Origin: a virus
IMG/VR virus record: IMGVR_UViG_3300025655_000026
Coordinates: 1 to 64,000 of that record
Strand: one strand, 5' to 3'
DNA: 64,000 nt
This document shows, in pieces, positions 55,072 to 63,995 of this stretch. The notes beneath the pieces were generated by a model. The model was not told where the DNA came from, made no database searches, and worked only from the letters and a program-made list of their open reading frames with translations. The stretch's first letter is position 1. Every line of letters starts with the position of its first letter. The translations under genes and the position numbers were made by a program.

Positions 55072-55913
55072 TAAAAATCCCCCAAAGTTCTTTGTTTAGA
55101 TTTAATTTGTTGAACTTTCTTTCTAATTTTCTTTTCTCCAAGATTTAATAATCTACATTCAGCATTGTTCAATTTAGACTTTGCATATTTTCTAAAATCT
55201 TCATCTTTTAACAATTGCTTAAGTAAGCGTTCATCTTTAACTCCTAGCCTTTTTGCTAAGGCTGGAATCTTAGAATAAGTTCCACGCTTAGGCATGGTTG
55301 GTCTACCGAAAAAGTTTCCTGTATGTGCATAGGCTAACATCTCATAAAAGTAATCTTGACTCCATCTACGCTTTACAACTCCATCAACAAATATTAATTT
55401 ATTTGGGTGTAAACTTTCAATTAACCAACTTAGTATTTGAGTATCGGATGGTTTGTTGAACTTCAACAACTCCGCCATCAAATCCCTATTAGATTCTTTG
55501 AGATATTCCATAGTCAAAGAAAATGTATCTCTTTCATAAGAGAGAGGCTTTTCGCTACGAGGCGCAATGGATTCAATGTTTTCTCGCAAAAACTCTTTGC
55601 TTCCTGCTCTCTTTATTTGACACATTGATTTAATTTCATTAGGAACAGATTTCTCATTGATTGAAGTTAATACAACTAATCCTTTGTAATGTCTAAGAAT
55701 AAATAAGACACTTTCTTTATCTATGTTATAATGAATATCTTCAATAAGAATTCCTTTTGAAATAGGCAATGACAATAAATCATTTACAAAACATTCATCG
55801 CCATAAAGAACTAATGGTTCATTCAAGAGAGAAAGAGCCTTTGTTGTTTTACCTGTTCCATTTTTTCCTGTAATTAATATTGGTCTATTATTATTCATGG
55901 TTGTTAATCCCAT
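55071..55913 (-). CDS. Degenerate AAA+ protein, possible RFC large subunit
   Basis: ILITGKNGTGKTT, ILIEDIH; C-terminal QRTLGDF resembles a PIP box; near rfcS. Confidence 0.65.
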   Translation of the reverse strand: MGLTTMNNNRPILITGKNGTGKTTKALSLLNEPLVLYGDECFVNDLLSLPISKGILIEDIHYNIDKESVLFILRHYKGLVVLTSINEKSVPNEIKSMCQIKRAGSKEFLRENIESIAPRSEKPLSYERDTFSLTMEYLKESNRDLMAELLKFNKPSDTQILSWLIESLHPNKLIFVDGVVKRRWSQDYFYEMLAYAHTGNFFGRPTMPKRGTYSKIPALAKRLGVKDERLLKQLLKDEDFRKYAKSKLNNAECRLLNLGEKKIRKKVQQIKSKQRTLGDF

Positions 55914-56319
55914 ATTCGCATTCTCCTTTTATTTCTACTAATCTTTCTATTCCTTCTAAAGTTAAATGTCGTCTATCCGACATAATATCTACTGCTTCTC
56001 TAAACAACTTCCATTCATCTTTTGCATCGGGAAGTTCGGGAACGAGTTCTTTTGTTTTACATAAGTTCTTGACTCCACCAATATACAAAACAGGCATTGG
56101 TCTTTTTTTGTTTTCTTTTTCTCGGTATGTTGTTTCAATACCATGTTGAAGAAGGCTTCTTCTTAGAGCCAAAATAAATTCATTTTTTCCACGAATGACA
56201 AGGCGCAATCTAACATTGTAGCCTATTTGCATTCTTTCATCTACTGACATATGTAAATTCATCTTAGACGATGAAAGCAAAATACCCGTAATTATATCCT
56301 TACTAAACACCGTAATCAC
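55891..56319 (-). CDS. Degenerate LAGLIDADG-fold protein
   Basis: IITGILLSS in place of the LAGLIDADG helix, GYNVRLRL, RHLTLEGIERLVEIK tail. Confidence 0.55.
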   Translation of the reverse strand: MITVFSKDIITGILLSSSKMNLHMSVDERMQIGYNVRLRLVIRGKNEFILALRRSLLQHGIETTYREKENKKRPMPVLYIGGVKNLCKTKELVPELPDAKDEWKLFREAVDIMSDRRHLTLEGIERLVEIKGECEYGINNHE

Positions 56320-56668
56320 ACTTGCCTTTACCTAAGAAATCAAACTTGAATCTTAGATATTCAATGCCTTCACCGATAAGATGAACCATTGCTTCTTCAT
56401 GAGCCAATTCACCTCCAAAAATAAATGTTATCTTTGTTCCTTGAAAGCAATTCATTGCTCTTGCCTGTGTTTCAGTAATATAATCAACAATGACAACATA
56501 CGGTGTTTCTTTTTCAGTAATAGCAAAGAACTTACTAAACAAACCGAGACTCAACATATTAACTTCGTCTAAATCAATATCACCGTATGCTATAAAACTA
56601 AGTGTGGTCACAAAACCATATTTATTAATCAAACCTACAACTTCTTCATCGGTGAACATGATAATCAC
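56303..56668 (-). CDS. Hypothetical protein
   Basis: 121-aa ORF overlapping both neighbours. Confidence 0.5.
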   Translation of the reverse strand: MIIMFTDEEVVGLINKYGFVTTLSFIAYGDIDLDEVNMLSLGLFSKFFAITEKETPYVVIVDYITETQARAMNCFQGTKITFIFGGELAHEEAMVHLIGEGIEYLRFKFDFLGKGKCDYGV

Positions 56669-58197
56669 TAAGCCATTCTTTCTATATCTTCTAAGGTATT
56701 AATATCTGCAACATATTTATCATCTCTAATTCTTTCCATTCTTGGAAATCTTAATCCATAATTACCATTCGCATCAGTTGAAATTAAATCAGCCTTAACC
56801 TGTAAAACAATTCTAGGTAAGAAAGTAAATTTACCATTATTGAAACTTTCAACATTGCGTTTTAATTGATTCGTTAAAGTAACTAATTGTTGGTCACTAA
56901 ATCCTGTTCCTACTTTTCCTATGGAAGTAAACCCTGTTAATGATTTAACTCCGACTTCAAAGGTAGAGAACACATTTGATTTCTTACCTTCACCATATTC
57001 GGCTGATAGAATAACAACATCAAGTTCAATTCTAGGAGGTTTGTATTTAGCCCATCCTTGACTTCTTTTACCTGCTTCATAAGGAAGAGAGGCATCCTTA
57101 ACAATAATACCTTCAAATCCATCGTTGATGGCATTATTGTAAAAAGCGAGAACATCTTCTCCTTCGGTCATTCTATGTGCTTGATTAGGAACACTAGAGA
57201 AACGCTCTAATCGTTCTCTATAAGATAAGTTCATTGTAGTTTCATTGCCCCACTTCAAACAGTCAAAGATAACCCACTTGACTAAAACCTTACTTACTGC
57301 TTCTTGAGTATTCTTAGAATGAACTCTAGTAGCCATGTGTTTGTGTTCAAGAGGATAGCCATGAGAATCTACTGGATAAATCTCTCCATCAAATATTGCT
57401 TCTTCTACTGCATATCCTTGAAGAATCTCAACTACATCAGGAAATTGATTTGTTACTACACTTCCTTTTCTATTGAAGATAATAACTGAATTACCTTTCT
57501 TATGAATTTGATACCTATTACCATCATATTTGTAATCTACAATCTTATCCTTTGGCCACTTCGCCATAGGAATTTCTTTTGCTAACATAGGTGAAATGAA
57601 CTTACCATGAACTAAATTCATTGGAGGCTCATTCCCCATTTCATAATAAGATACAACATTAGAAAGGCTATTGAAATTACAATGTTTCTTAGTATCGGTT
57701 AATTTCTTATTATAGTGTTTAGCGACTGCCTTTTCACAAATACCCGAATTAATACCATTTCTAGGCACTCTTAACCAATAGCGAATAAACCACCTTCTTT
57801 CTAATGACGACATTTCAAAAATCGCATCTTTTACTAGTTCATAAGAAGTGCTGGAAATACTAGCACAATCTAATTCTAGAAGTCTAACAATATTTTTCAA
57901 AGAAGAATGAGTAGTTGTTTCTTTACTAGATTGAAGATAATAAACTGCATCACCTAAATCGTTATGCGCTGAATAATATTCTTCTATCTCATCATCAAAT
58001 ACTTCAAACATTTTAGCCATCCATTTCTTTGCTTTGGCTAAACCAATATTATTAGATTCTAAGTCTAAAGAAAGAATCTTAACTAAACTCTCTTTATCTT
58101 CAAAATTCCCCAATGCCGTTGAAATCAACTTGACCTGTTGAGTTGGTTGTTTCAAATCTGTTGCTTCTAATAGTCTGCTCATTGTCATCCAATTCAT
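56668..58197 (-). CDS. lig: ATP-dependent DNA ligase (replicative type)
   Basis: DLGD DNA-binding domain, PMLA, KYDGNR.QIH, FDGEI, IFDCL, EGIIVK, WAKYKP, KVGTGF, LRFPR. Confidence 0.95.
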   Translation of the reverse strand: MNWMTMSRLLEATDLKQPTQQVKLISTALGNFEDKESLVKILSLDLESNNIGLAKAKKWMAKMFEVFDDEIEEYYSAHNDLGDAVYYLQSSKETTTHSSLKNIVRLLELDCASISSTSYELVKDAIFEMSSLERRWFIRYWLRVPRNGINSGICEKAVAKHYNKKLTDTKKHCNFNSLSNVVSYYEMGNEPPMNLVHGKFISPMLAKEIPMAKWPKDKIVDYKYDGNRYQIHKKGNSVIIFNRKGSVVTNQFPDVVEILQGYAVEEAIFDGEIYPVDSHGYPLEHKHMATRVHSKNTQEAVSKVLVKWVIFDCLKWGNETTMNLSYRERLERFSSVPNQAHRMTEGEDVLAFYNNAINDGFEGIIVKDASLPYEAGKRSQGWAKYKPPRIELDVVILSAEYGEGKKSNVFSTFEVGVKSLTGFTSIGKVGTGFSDQQLVTLTNQLKRNVESFNNGKFTFLPRIVLQVKADLISTDANGNYGLRFPRMERIRDDKYVADINTLEDIERMA

Positions 58198-58336
58198 CTA
58201 TAATCACTTCCATATTCTTATTTATTTTTACAATCATTTCTTTAATCAAGGGAGAAATCTTCCCATTATTTGTTTCAGCATACTGCCAAAGAATACCTGC
58301 TAATTTTACCCACTCACTCTTCTTCATCGGGTTCAA
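58100..58336 (-). CDS. Hypothetical protein
   Basis: Fills the gap upstream of the ligase; 3' end overlaps the ligase start. Confidence 0.4.
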   Translation of the reverse strand: MNPMKKSEWVKLAGILWQYAETNNGKISPLIKEMIVKINKNMEVIIDELDDNEQTIRSNRFETTNSTGQVDFNGIGEF

Positions 58337-58664
58337 CCGCCTGTAATAATCTCAAGAAATTACTAATCATTTGATTAGTAACATGGGCTTCCTGTTCTTT
58401 TTCCTGTTCAAGAAACCGATGCATTAAATGAATTAATGTTGCTTGAGTAATAGCAGGACTCATCTTAAGAAGCCCTCCTCCCCTTTGAATCTCCCAATAA
58501 GAAACAAAGGTTGCCTTTGCTAAATGATTAGCATATCGCATTTCCCCTACACTAGAATTAAAATGGTCTAGAAGAATAGGAGTTCTTCTCAATCTTTTTC
58601 TTTGCTCATCAACCCACGATGCAAATTTCTTATCGTTTGTGCATATTAAATATAATTTATTCAT
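58314..58664 (-). CDS. Hypothetical helical protein
   Basis: 116 aa, ATGA-coupled. Confidence 0.55.
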   Translation of the reverse strand: MNKLYLICTNDKKFASWVDEQRKRLRRTPILLDHFNSSVGEMRYANHLAKATFVSYWEIQRGGGLLKMSPAITQATLIHLMHRFLEQEKEQEAHVTNQMISNFLRLLQAVEPDEEE

Positions 58665-58927
58665 TTCATTCTCTCCTCAGTATTTATGAACCATTCTTTC
58701 ATCATCTGTAATTCCACTAACATAATTTGTTCGTGAACATGACTCGGTTCTAATCTAGAACCTCTACCTGTTGTTGCTGGAGGCAATGACTTCTCAATAA
58801 TAGAAGCCATCAAATCAACAAATTCCCCCATTTGTTCTTGAAAAGCACTAACTGCATTCTTTGAATGTTGTCTTTTTGGATTTGCTTTACTAAGACTTTC
58901 TTTTGCTTGAACATAACTAATTCTCAT
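58661..58927 (-). CDS. Putative histone-fold protein
   Basis: Short helix, KRQHSKNA loop, ~27-aa helix, GRGSRLEPSHV loop, short helix; aligns by eye with archaeal HMf. Confidence 0.5.
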   Translation of the reverse strand: MRISYVQAKESLSKANPKRQHSKNAVSAFQEQMGEFVDLMASIIEKSLPPATTGRGSRLEPSHVHEQIMLVELQMMKEWFINTEERMK

Positions 58928-59120
58928 CTAATTCCCTCTTTAAAATCTCAAGAAGAAGTTTTGCTTCTTCTCTATTCATTCTAATTCCTTTAACTGTTGG
59001 TTTATCATTTTTAGCCCATCTAATATCAATGACTGGTATATTCCAATATACACCTGCACGAATAATAACTTCGTCTACATCACTTCTTACTACTCTTCCA
59101 ATCATAGGTAAGTCGCTCAA
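58917..59120 (-). CDS. PC4/Sub1-like (YdbC-type) ssDNA-binding protein
   Basis: VIDIRW...KPTVKGIRM..EE. Confidence 0.75.
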   Translation of the reverse strand: MSDLPMIGRVVRSDVDEVIIRAGVYWNIPVIDIRWAKNDKPTVKGIRMNREEAKLLLEILKRELDEN

Positions 59121-59512
59121 TTAATCCACCCCTGTTTAAATTTATCAAGTTCCTGTCTTGAAGTAAAATATCTAGGAGTATTACCTCCACTTAAAGGATT
59201 ACATATCCAACATGCACCACCAATACTTGAAATTTGAACAATCTCAAATTGCTCATCATTTACTTCGCACACTTCTATTGTATTTACTTCGGGAACTAAA
59301 CCATACATGCGAGTAATTTCCGAAGCAACATCATGAATGTTATCTACAACATACTTGATAATGTGCGCTCTTTGAATTGGAATTTTAGGTGCAACTTGAA
59401 ACTTTACTTGGCCTGTCATGCTACAAACCTTACATTTATTTCCTTCACAAATAGGACATTTAATTTCCGCATCGTAAGGAGCAGGTAATGTAACGGTGAC
59501 GGCTTTCTTCAC
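59117..59512 (-). CDS. Zinc-finger protein
   Basis: CPICEGNKCKVC...G. Confidence 0.55.
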   Translation of the reverse strand: MKKAVTVTLPAPYDAEIKCPICEGNKCKVCSMTGQVKFQVAPKIPIQRAHIIKYVVDNIHDVASEITRMYGLVPEVNTIEVCEVNDEQFEIVQISSIGGACWICNPLSGGNTPRYFTSRQELDKFKQGWIN

Positions 59513-59706
59513 TCGGCTTCCTCCACAAATTTGCGAAGTTTATATCTATTAAATCCTTTTAATAAATCATGCATAACTGTGGCATGAGTATTCCAAGCCC
59601 ATGTAAGAAAACTAACTTCTACTTCGGCTTCCCAACAATCAGCACAAAAATCACCATCAATCAAATGTTCTTTTAACATACTTCTATGACAAATACTGCA
59701 TTCCAT
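59509..59706 (-). CDS. Zinc-finger microprotein
   Basis: CSIC...CADC. Confidence 0.5.
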   Translation of the reverse strand: MECSICHRSMLKEHLIDGDFCADCWEAEVEVSFLTWAWNTHATVMHDLLKGFNRYKLRKFVEEAE

Positions 59707-59708
59707 AT

Positions 59709-61199
59709 CTATTCCTCCACTAATACGGCTACATCAGTTGTCAAGAACAAACTAGCAATAGACATTGCGGCAACAAAACTATTCTTTGTTACTTTTACGG
59801 GGTCAAAGACTCCAGCCATTTCCAAATCTTCATATTGGCATGTTAAAGCATTGTAGCCTTTATCTCTCAAGAGCGAGAGAGATAACTCTCCACCACTATT
59901 ACTAATCAAAGTAGTTAATGGTGCAATTAGAGAAGACTTTACAATTGTGTGTCCTAGAGAATCCCCTAGAGCCTCTCTAGCCTCATAGAGAGTCATACCA
60001 CCACCAATGACAATACCTTCGCTTAAAGCGGCCTTAGTAGCGTTAAGAGCGTCATCTAATCTCTCCTTCTTTTCTCTCATTTCAAGTTGAGAACCTGCGC
60101 CAACTCTAATAGTGGCTACTCCACCACTTAAGCGAGCAATTCTTGATTTGATTCTAGACAAATCAAAGCCCTCCATGTCTTGAGCAATCTCTCTCAATTG
60201 AGAAATCTTTTGAGAAGTATCGCCAACGCCTCCGATGATAGTAGTATATTCCTTGCCAATAATAATCTTCTCACATTGACCGAACTCTTCATATGAAATC
60301 AACTTAGGGTCATCTCTAGATTCATCATTGAATACTTTACCTCCGACTAAAGAACAGGTATCTTGTAATTCATCTAATTGAGCATCGCCAAAGTTAGGTG
60401 CTAGAATGGCCGCACATTGAATTGTCTTATTCATAATATTCATCATAAGATTAGCCAACGCTGAACCCTCAATTCCCTTTGAAATAATTAGAAGAGGTTG
60501 TTGCTTAACAGAAGCAATTTCTAACATAGGTAATAAATCTTGAAATGCCTTAATCTTTAGATTAGAAAGGAAAATCAAAGGATTCTCAAAAGTGCATCTT
60601 CCATCTTCATCAGCCATAAGATGAGAAATATATCCTTCATCTAAACGAACTCCTTCCCTAGTAATTAATTCAGTTCTATGAGATTTTGCTTCTTCAACAG
60701 TAACAATACCTTCTCTACCAACTGCACTAATTGCATCTTGAATCAATTGTCCTAGAGAAGCATCGTTATTAGCGGCAATCGTAGCGATGTTTAGAATATT
60801 ATCATCTTCAATAGGTGTTGCCTTATCATCTAAATACTTTAGAATGATTTCTTGGGCTTCTTCTAATTGAAGTCTTAACTCATGAATGTTAAATGTTTCA
60901 AGTTCAGCAATGCTATTACATAGAGCCTTAGCAATAACGCAAGCAGTTGTTGTTCCATCACCGCTAGAATCCTGTGCTTTACTGGCTAAGTTTTGAACCA
61001 TTTGAACTCCCATTTGAATATAAGGGTCTTCGCTTCTAACATATTTAGTGATAGTAACTCCGTCATTAATGATAATAGGAGGTTCACCTTGAAGAATAAC
61101 AGTTCTCGCTTGTGGCCCTAATGTTGGGCTAACTGTATCAGCGACTAAATTAATACCTTCAAGCAATTTGTTTTTTACTTCCTTTCCATATAAAATCAT
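59709..61199 (-). CDS. groEL: Group I chaperonin (GroEL-like)
   Basis: TLGPQAR, NDGVTI, GDGTTT, APNFGD, LSGGVATIRVG, DDALNATKAA, GGG, DPVKV; no GGM tail. Confidence 0.95.
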   Translation of the reverse strand: MILYGKEVKNKLLEGINLVADTVSPTLGPQARTVILQGEPPIIINDGVTITKYVRSEDPYIQMGVQMVQNLASKAQDSSGDGTTTACVIAKALCNSIAELETFNIHELRLQLEEAQEIILKYLDDKATPIEDDNILNIATIAANNDASLGQLIQDAISAVGREGIVTVEEAKSHRTELITREGVRLDEGYISHLMADEDGRCTFENPLIFLSNLKIKAFQDLLPMLEIASVKQQPLLIISKGIEGSALANLMMNIMNKTIQCAAILAPNFGDAQLDELQDTCSLVGGKVFNDESRDDPKLISYEEFGQCEKIIIGKEYTTIIGGVGDTSQKISQLREIAQDMEGFDLSRIKSRIARLSGGVATIRVGAGSQLEMREKKERLDDALNATKAALSEGIVIGGGMTLYEAREALGDSLGHTIVKSSLIAPLTTLISNSGGELSLSLLRDKGYNALTCQYEDLEMAGVFDPVKVTKNSFVAAMSIASLFLTTDVAVLVEE

Positions 61200-61303
61200 T
61201 CAATCATCTCCATATCTTCTTCCAAAAAACCATAACAATTAGGACACTCAATTAAATCACCCTTTACGAAATTGTGGCAATGAGGACATAATACTTCGCT
61301 CAT
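61196..61303 (-). CDS. 35-aa zinc-ribbon microprotein (not in ORF track)
   Basis: MSEVLCPHCHNFVKGDLIECPNCYGFL...; ATGA overlap with groEL. Confidence 0.5.
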   Translation of the reverse strand: MSEVLCPHCHNFVKGDLIECPNCYGFLEEDMEMIE

Positions 61304-61461
61304 TCTTTCACCAACCCATAATAGCCTTCTTCCATGACAGGAAGTCCAATATATTCAGCATAGCACTTTTCACTACAAAAGTTTCTAATCCCAATCGCAG
61401 TCGGAATTTCTTTGTAGATAGGAGAAGCATCACACATGGCGCAATAATTTCTACCCGTCAT
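61300..61461 (-). CDS. 53-aa TRASH/FCS-type zinc finger (not in ORF track)
   Basis: CAMC...FCSEKC; ATGA overlaps. Confidence 0.55.
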   Translation of the reverse strand: MTGRNYCAMCDASPIYKEIPTAIGIRNFCSEKCYAEYIGLPVMEEGYYGLVKE

Positions 61462-61682
61462 TCTTCCACCAGCCTAGTTTGAAGGCCTTTCCACAAATCA
61501 TAGTTTTGCTTCTTAGTTGGAATTGAATCTAAGAGCATATGAATAATGCTTACTAAGAATTGTAGTTCCCCTACTAAGTATCTATCAGTAATTTCTTCTC
61601 GGAATAAATCACCATTTTCTGTCAAATCTAACATTTGAGTTAGAATACTTTCATATAATTCAATATCATTCATTTTTTCCAC
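61458..61682 (-). CDS. Hypothetical protein
   Basis: ORF-track entry within a coupled gene chain. Confidence 0.45.
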   Translation of the reverse strand: MEKMNDIELYESILTQMLDLTENGDLFREEITDRYLVGELQFLVSIIHMLLDSIPTKKQNYDLWKGLQTRLVEE

Positions 61683-61751
61683 ACTCGCATAATTTTTCTA
61701 TTCTATAAAATACACCACATATTTCACATTCTACTGGAATTGCACCGCACA

Positions 61752-61979
61752 TTATTCTTCACCTAATACTGCTAAAATAGAACTGTATTCAACAAATAAG
61801 TAATTATCAAATTCTTCGTATCTATTCTTAGATGACCAAATTACTTTCTTACCAATGATGGATTCATCAACATCACATGAGATACATACTCCTTCATTGC
61901 GATGCATGGAAAGAATACCACTCGCTGATTTCCTTTGTTCAATTTCAACTATTACCCAATTACCAACTGCTTTCATCAT
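61752..61979 (-). CDS. groES: Co-chaperonin (GroES-like)
   Basis: KAVGNWVIVE...SASGIL...GKKVIW...SILAVL; near groEL. Confidence 0.75.
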   Translation of the reverse strand: MMKAVGNWVIVEIEQRKSASGILSMHRNEGVCISCDVDESIIGKKVIWSSKNRYEEFDNYLFVEYSSILAVLGEE

Positions 61980-62269
61980 TCTACCTCCAAAACTGCATCA
62001 TTATGCTCGCATATCCTACAAATATTGTTAGAGTATAAAAGAGATTCATAATATTCAATCTTTTCTTGAAGTAATTTATTCTCTTTTTTCAATTTGTTAT
62101 ATTGTATTGCGAGTCCTCTACTCATCATTCCACCTCATGCCTTTGTTTAAGAGTGCGGCAACCGCTAATGCTTCCTGCTCACTTTGGGTTAAGAAGAAAT
62201 TATAGTCGTCTTTCTTAACATACCATGAATCACCGAGAACTTTTGAGTCTACTTTAGTAATAATCCACT

Positions 62270-62779
62270 TCATTCTTCATCATCCTCACATTCACATTCA
62301 AAACAATTTTCACAACCGCTACATTCACCATTCTCGCATTCCCAATCAGCGTCGTCACGAAAAACAATATGGCCACAATTCCAACATGTAGTCATAGAAT
62401 TATCATGTCTGTCGTTAATATAAACAACACCGTCTTCAACATATAAATCGGGTTTTTTGTCAAAGAGCATACCGACACGGCTCGCCTCATATCGGGGCGC
62501 ATTAGGTAATTTATCAAGGTCAATGATACAGAAAATACCTGCATCAACACCGAATGAATTTGCACCATTTGTAGTTTCAACACCATTAAAAGTCCATGTG
62601 CCATCTCCACCGTTTGACCAAATAGTGAGTTCTTGACCTTTCCAATCAAATACAGAATCACAATGGTTTCCATAGTCTTGAACCTTCGCCCGATTAGATT
62701 GAAGGAATGTTGCTTCACAAAACTCACTCCATTCGTCATCGGGAATAATATAACAGGGGTCGCCAATATAATATTTCAT
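62270..62779 (-). CDS. Hypothetical protein (GDPCY/GGDG/VDAG motifs) with a Cys-rich tail
   Basis: YYIGDPCY, GGDG, FGVDAG; CWNC..C..CSGCENCFECEC. Confidence 0.6.
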   Translation of the reverse strand: MKYYIGDPCYIIPDDEWSEFCEATFLQSNRAKVQDYGNHCDSVFDWKGQELTIWSNGGDGTWTFNGVETTNGANSFGVDAGIFCIIDLDKLPNAPRYEASRVGMLFDKKPDLYVEDGVVYINDRHDNSMTTCWNCGHIVFRDDADWECENGECSGCENCFECECEDDEE

Positions 62780-62790
62780 TCTTCTTCACC

Positions 62791-63528
62791 TCATAAACTA
62801 AAATATGCATAAGTCATTAGAGCAATAGCACCAAAAGCAGTAAGGCCATACTTGATTTTATCCATCGTTGTAATTCTATACATTCTATTCAATAGTTTTC
62901 TTAATTCTTTAATTGTATAATGTTCCCATTCAATAACTTCATTTGTATTATCAGTAATATGGAAATGGAAACCATCAGTTACAATAAAACCATATTCGTT
63001 AATATTTGGAACTTCATCAATGAATTCTTCAACCTGTTCCATTCCTTTATGTGAACGGTTTGGGGCTTCTGCCTCAACGAGCCATTTGAAATTCTTAGTT
63101 CCTGTTTTTTGAGTAACTGTCAAAAGATAATCTAAATGTCTTTTCTTTCCACTAACTGTTGTAAAGGTTGGTTCTCTTGATGACTCAACTAAATAATCAC
63201 TATTTGATTTATCAAACAATTTAAAGAAAGGTTCAATCAAGGTTTCGCAAACTGCCGTTTCTGGTTTTACTGGATTAGTGAAATGACTACTATACATCAT
63301 TCTACCATTAAGTAGCGCATCCTTACCTTCGTTTGTTAAAAGAGCCAAAAGAGGTTTGTTATTTTTATTATCTCCAAAAGAGTATCTTTTGGATTTCTTT
63401 CTAGACTCTTTTTTACTTTTCATTTCTTCTAATTGCTCCGCTTCTTTCTTTTTAGAACAACTTCTAGAAGTGTGACCTTTGATGCCACAAAATCCACAAG
63501 TCATATCTTCTACTGTTATTTTTTTCAT
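62791..63528 (-). CDS. CCHC zinc knuckle + restriction-endonuclease-like domain + C-terminal TM helix
   Basis: CGFCGIKGHTSRSC; LDYLL...LVEAE...Q...GFIVTDG (HsdR-N-like); YGLTAFGAIALMTYAYFSL. Confidence 0.6.
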   Translation of the reverse strand: MKKITVEDMTCGFCGIKGHTSRSCSKKKEAEQLEEMKSKKESRKKSKRYSFGDNKNNKPLLALLTNEGKDALLNGRMMYSSHFTNPVKPETAVCETLIEPFFKLFDKSNSDYLVESSREPTFTTVSGKKRHLDYLLTVTQKTGTKNFKWLVEAEAPNRSHKGMEQVEEFIDEVPNINEYGFIVTDGFHFHITDNTNEVIEWEHYTIKELRKLLNRMYRITTMDKIKYGLTAFGAIALMTYAYFSL

Positions 63529-63995
63529 TCTTCTTCACCTCTTATTTTTACAACATATCTATCTTGCTTGCGATGTAAAACACCATCAACATAAATGTCT
63601 AAATGATTAGGATTAGTTTTATCCCAATATCCATAGTGTCCTTCTCCTCCTAAGACATACGCACTTTGCATATTCAATTCCCAAATGTTAATTGTTCGCC
63701 AATCAGTTCCACTAAAATACGCTGAACCAAATGGATGAGTATGAATCCAACACTTAATCGGCAACTTCATACCGATAAGATTAGATGGATTGATTGTCAA
63801 ATAATCAACATATCCAGCCGTTCCAGTAGAAACAAAGATTTGATTCTTAGAATCAATTACTGCTTGAACCTCAAGCGCAGGTAAGATTTCAGTTGAAGCA
63901 TACCAAATAGCCCTATGAAAATCAAGGGTGTGTTCCATATCTTCAAATTCTTCTACTTTAGAAGTAGAAGAAATACCATGCACACAAAGAATCAT
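63525..63995 (-). CDS. JAB/MPN+ (JAMM) metalloprotease, possibly 5'-truncated
   Basis: LEVQ...HTHPFGSAYFSGTD fits E-xn-H-x-H-x7-S-x2-D. Confidence 0.8.
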   Translation of the reverse strand: MILCVHGISSTSKVEEFEDMEHTLDFHRAIWYASTEILPALEVQAVIDSKNQIFVSTGTAGYVDYLTINPSNLIGMKLPIKCWIHTHPFGSAYFSGTDWRTINIWELNMQSAYVLGGEGHYGYWDKTNPNHLDIYVDGVLHRKQDRYVVKIRGEEE

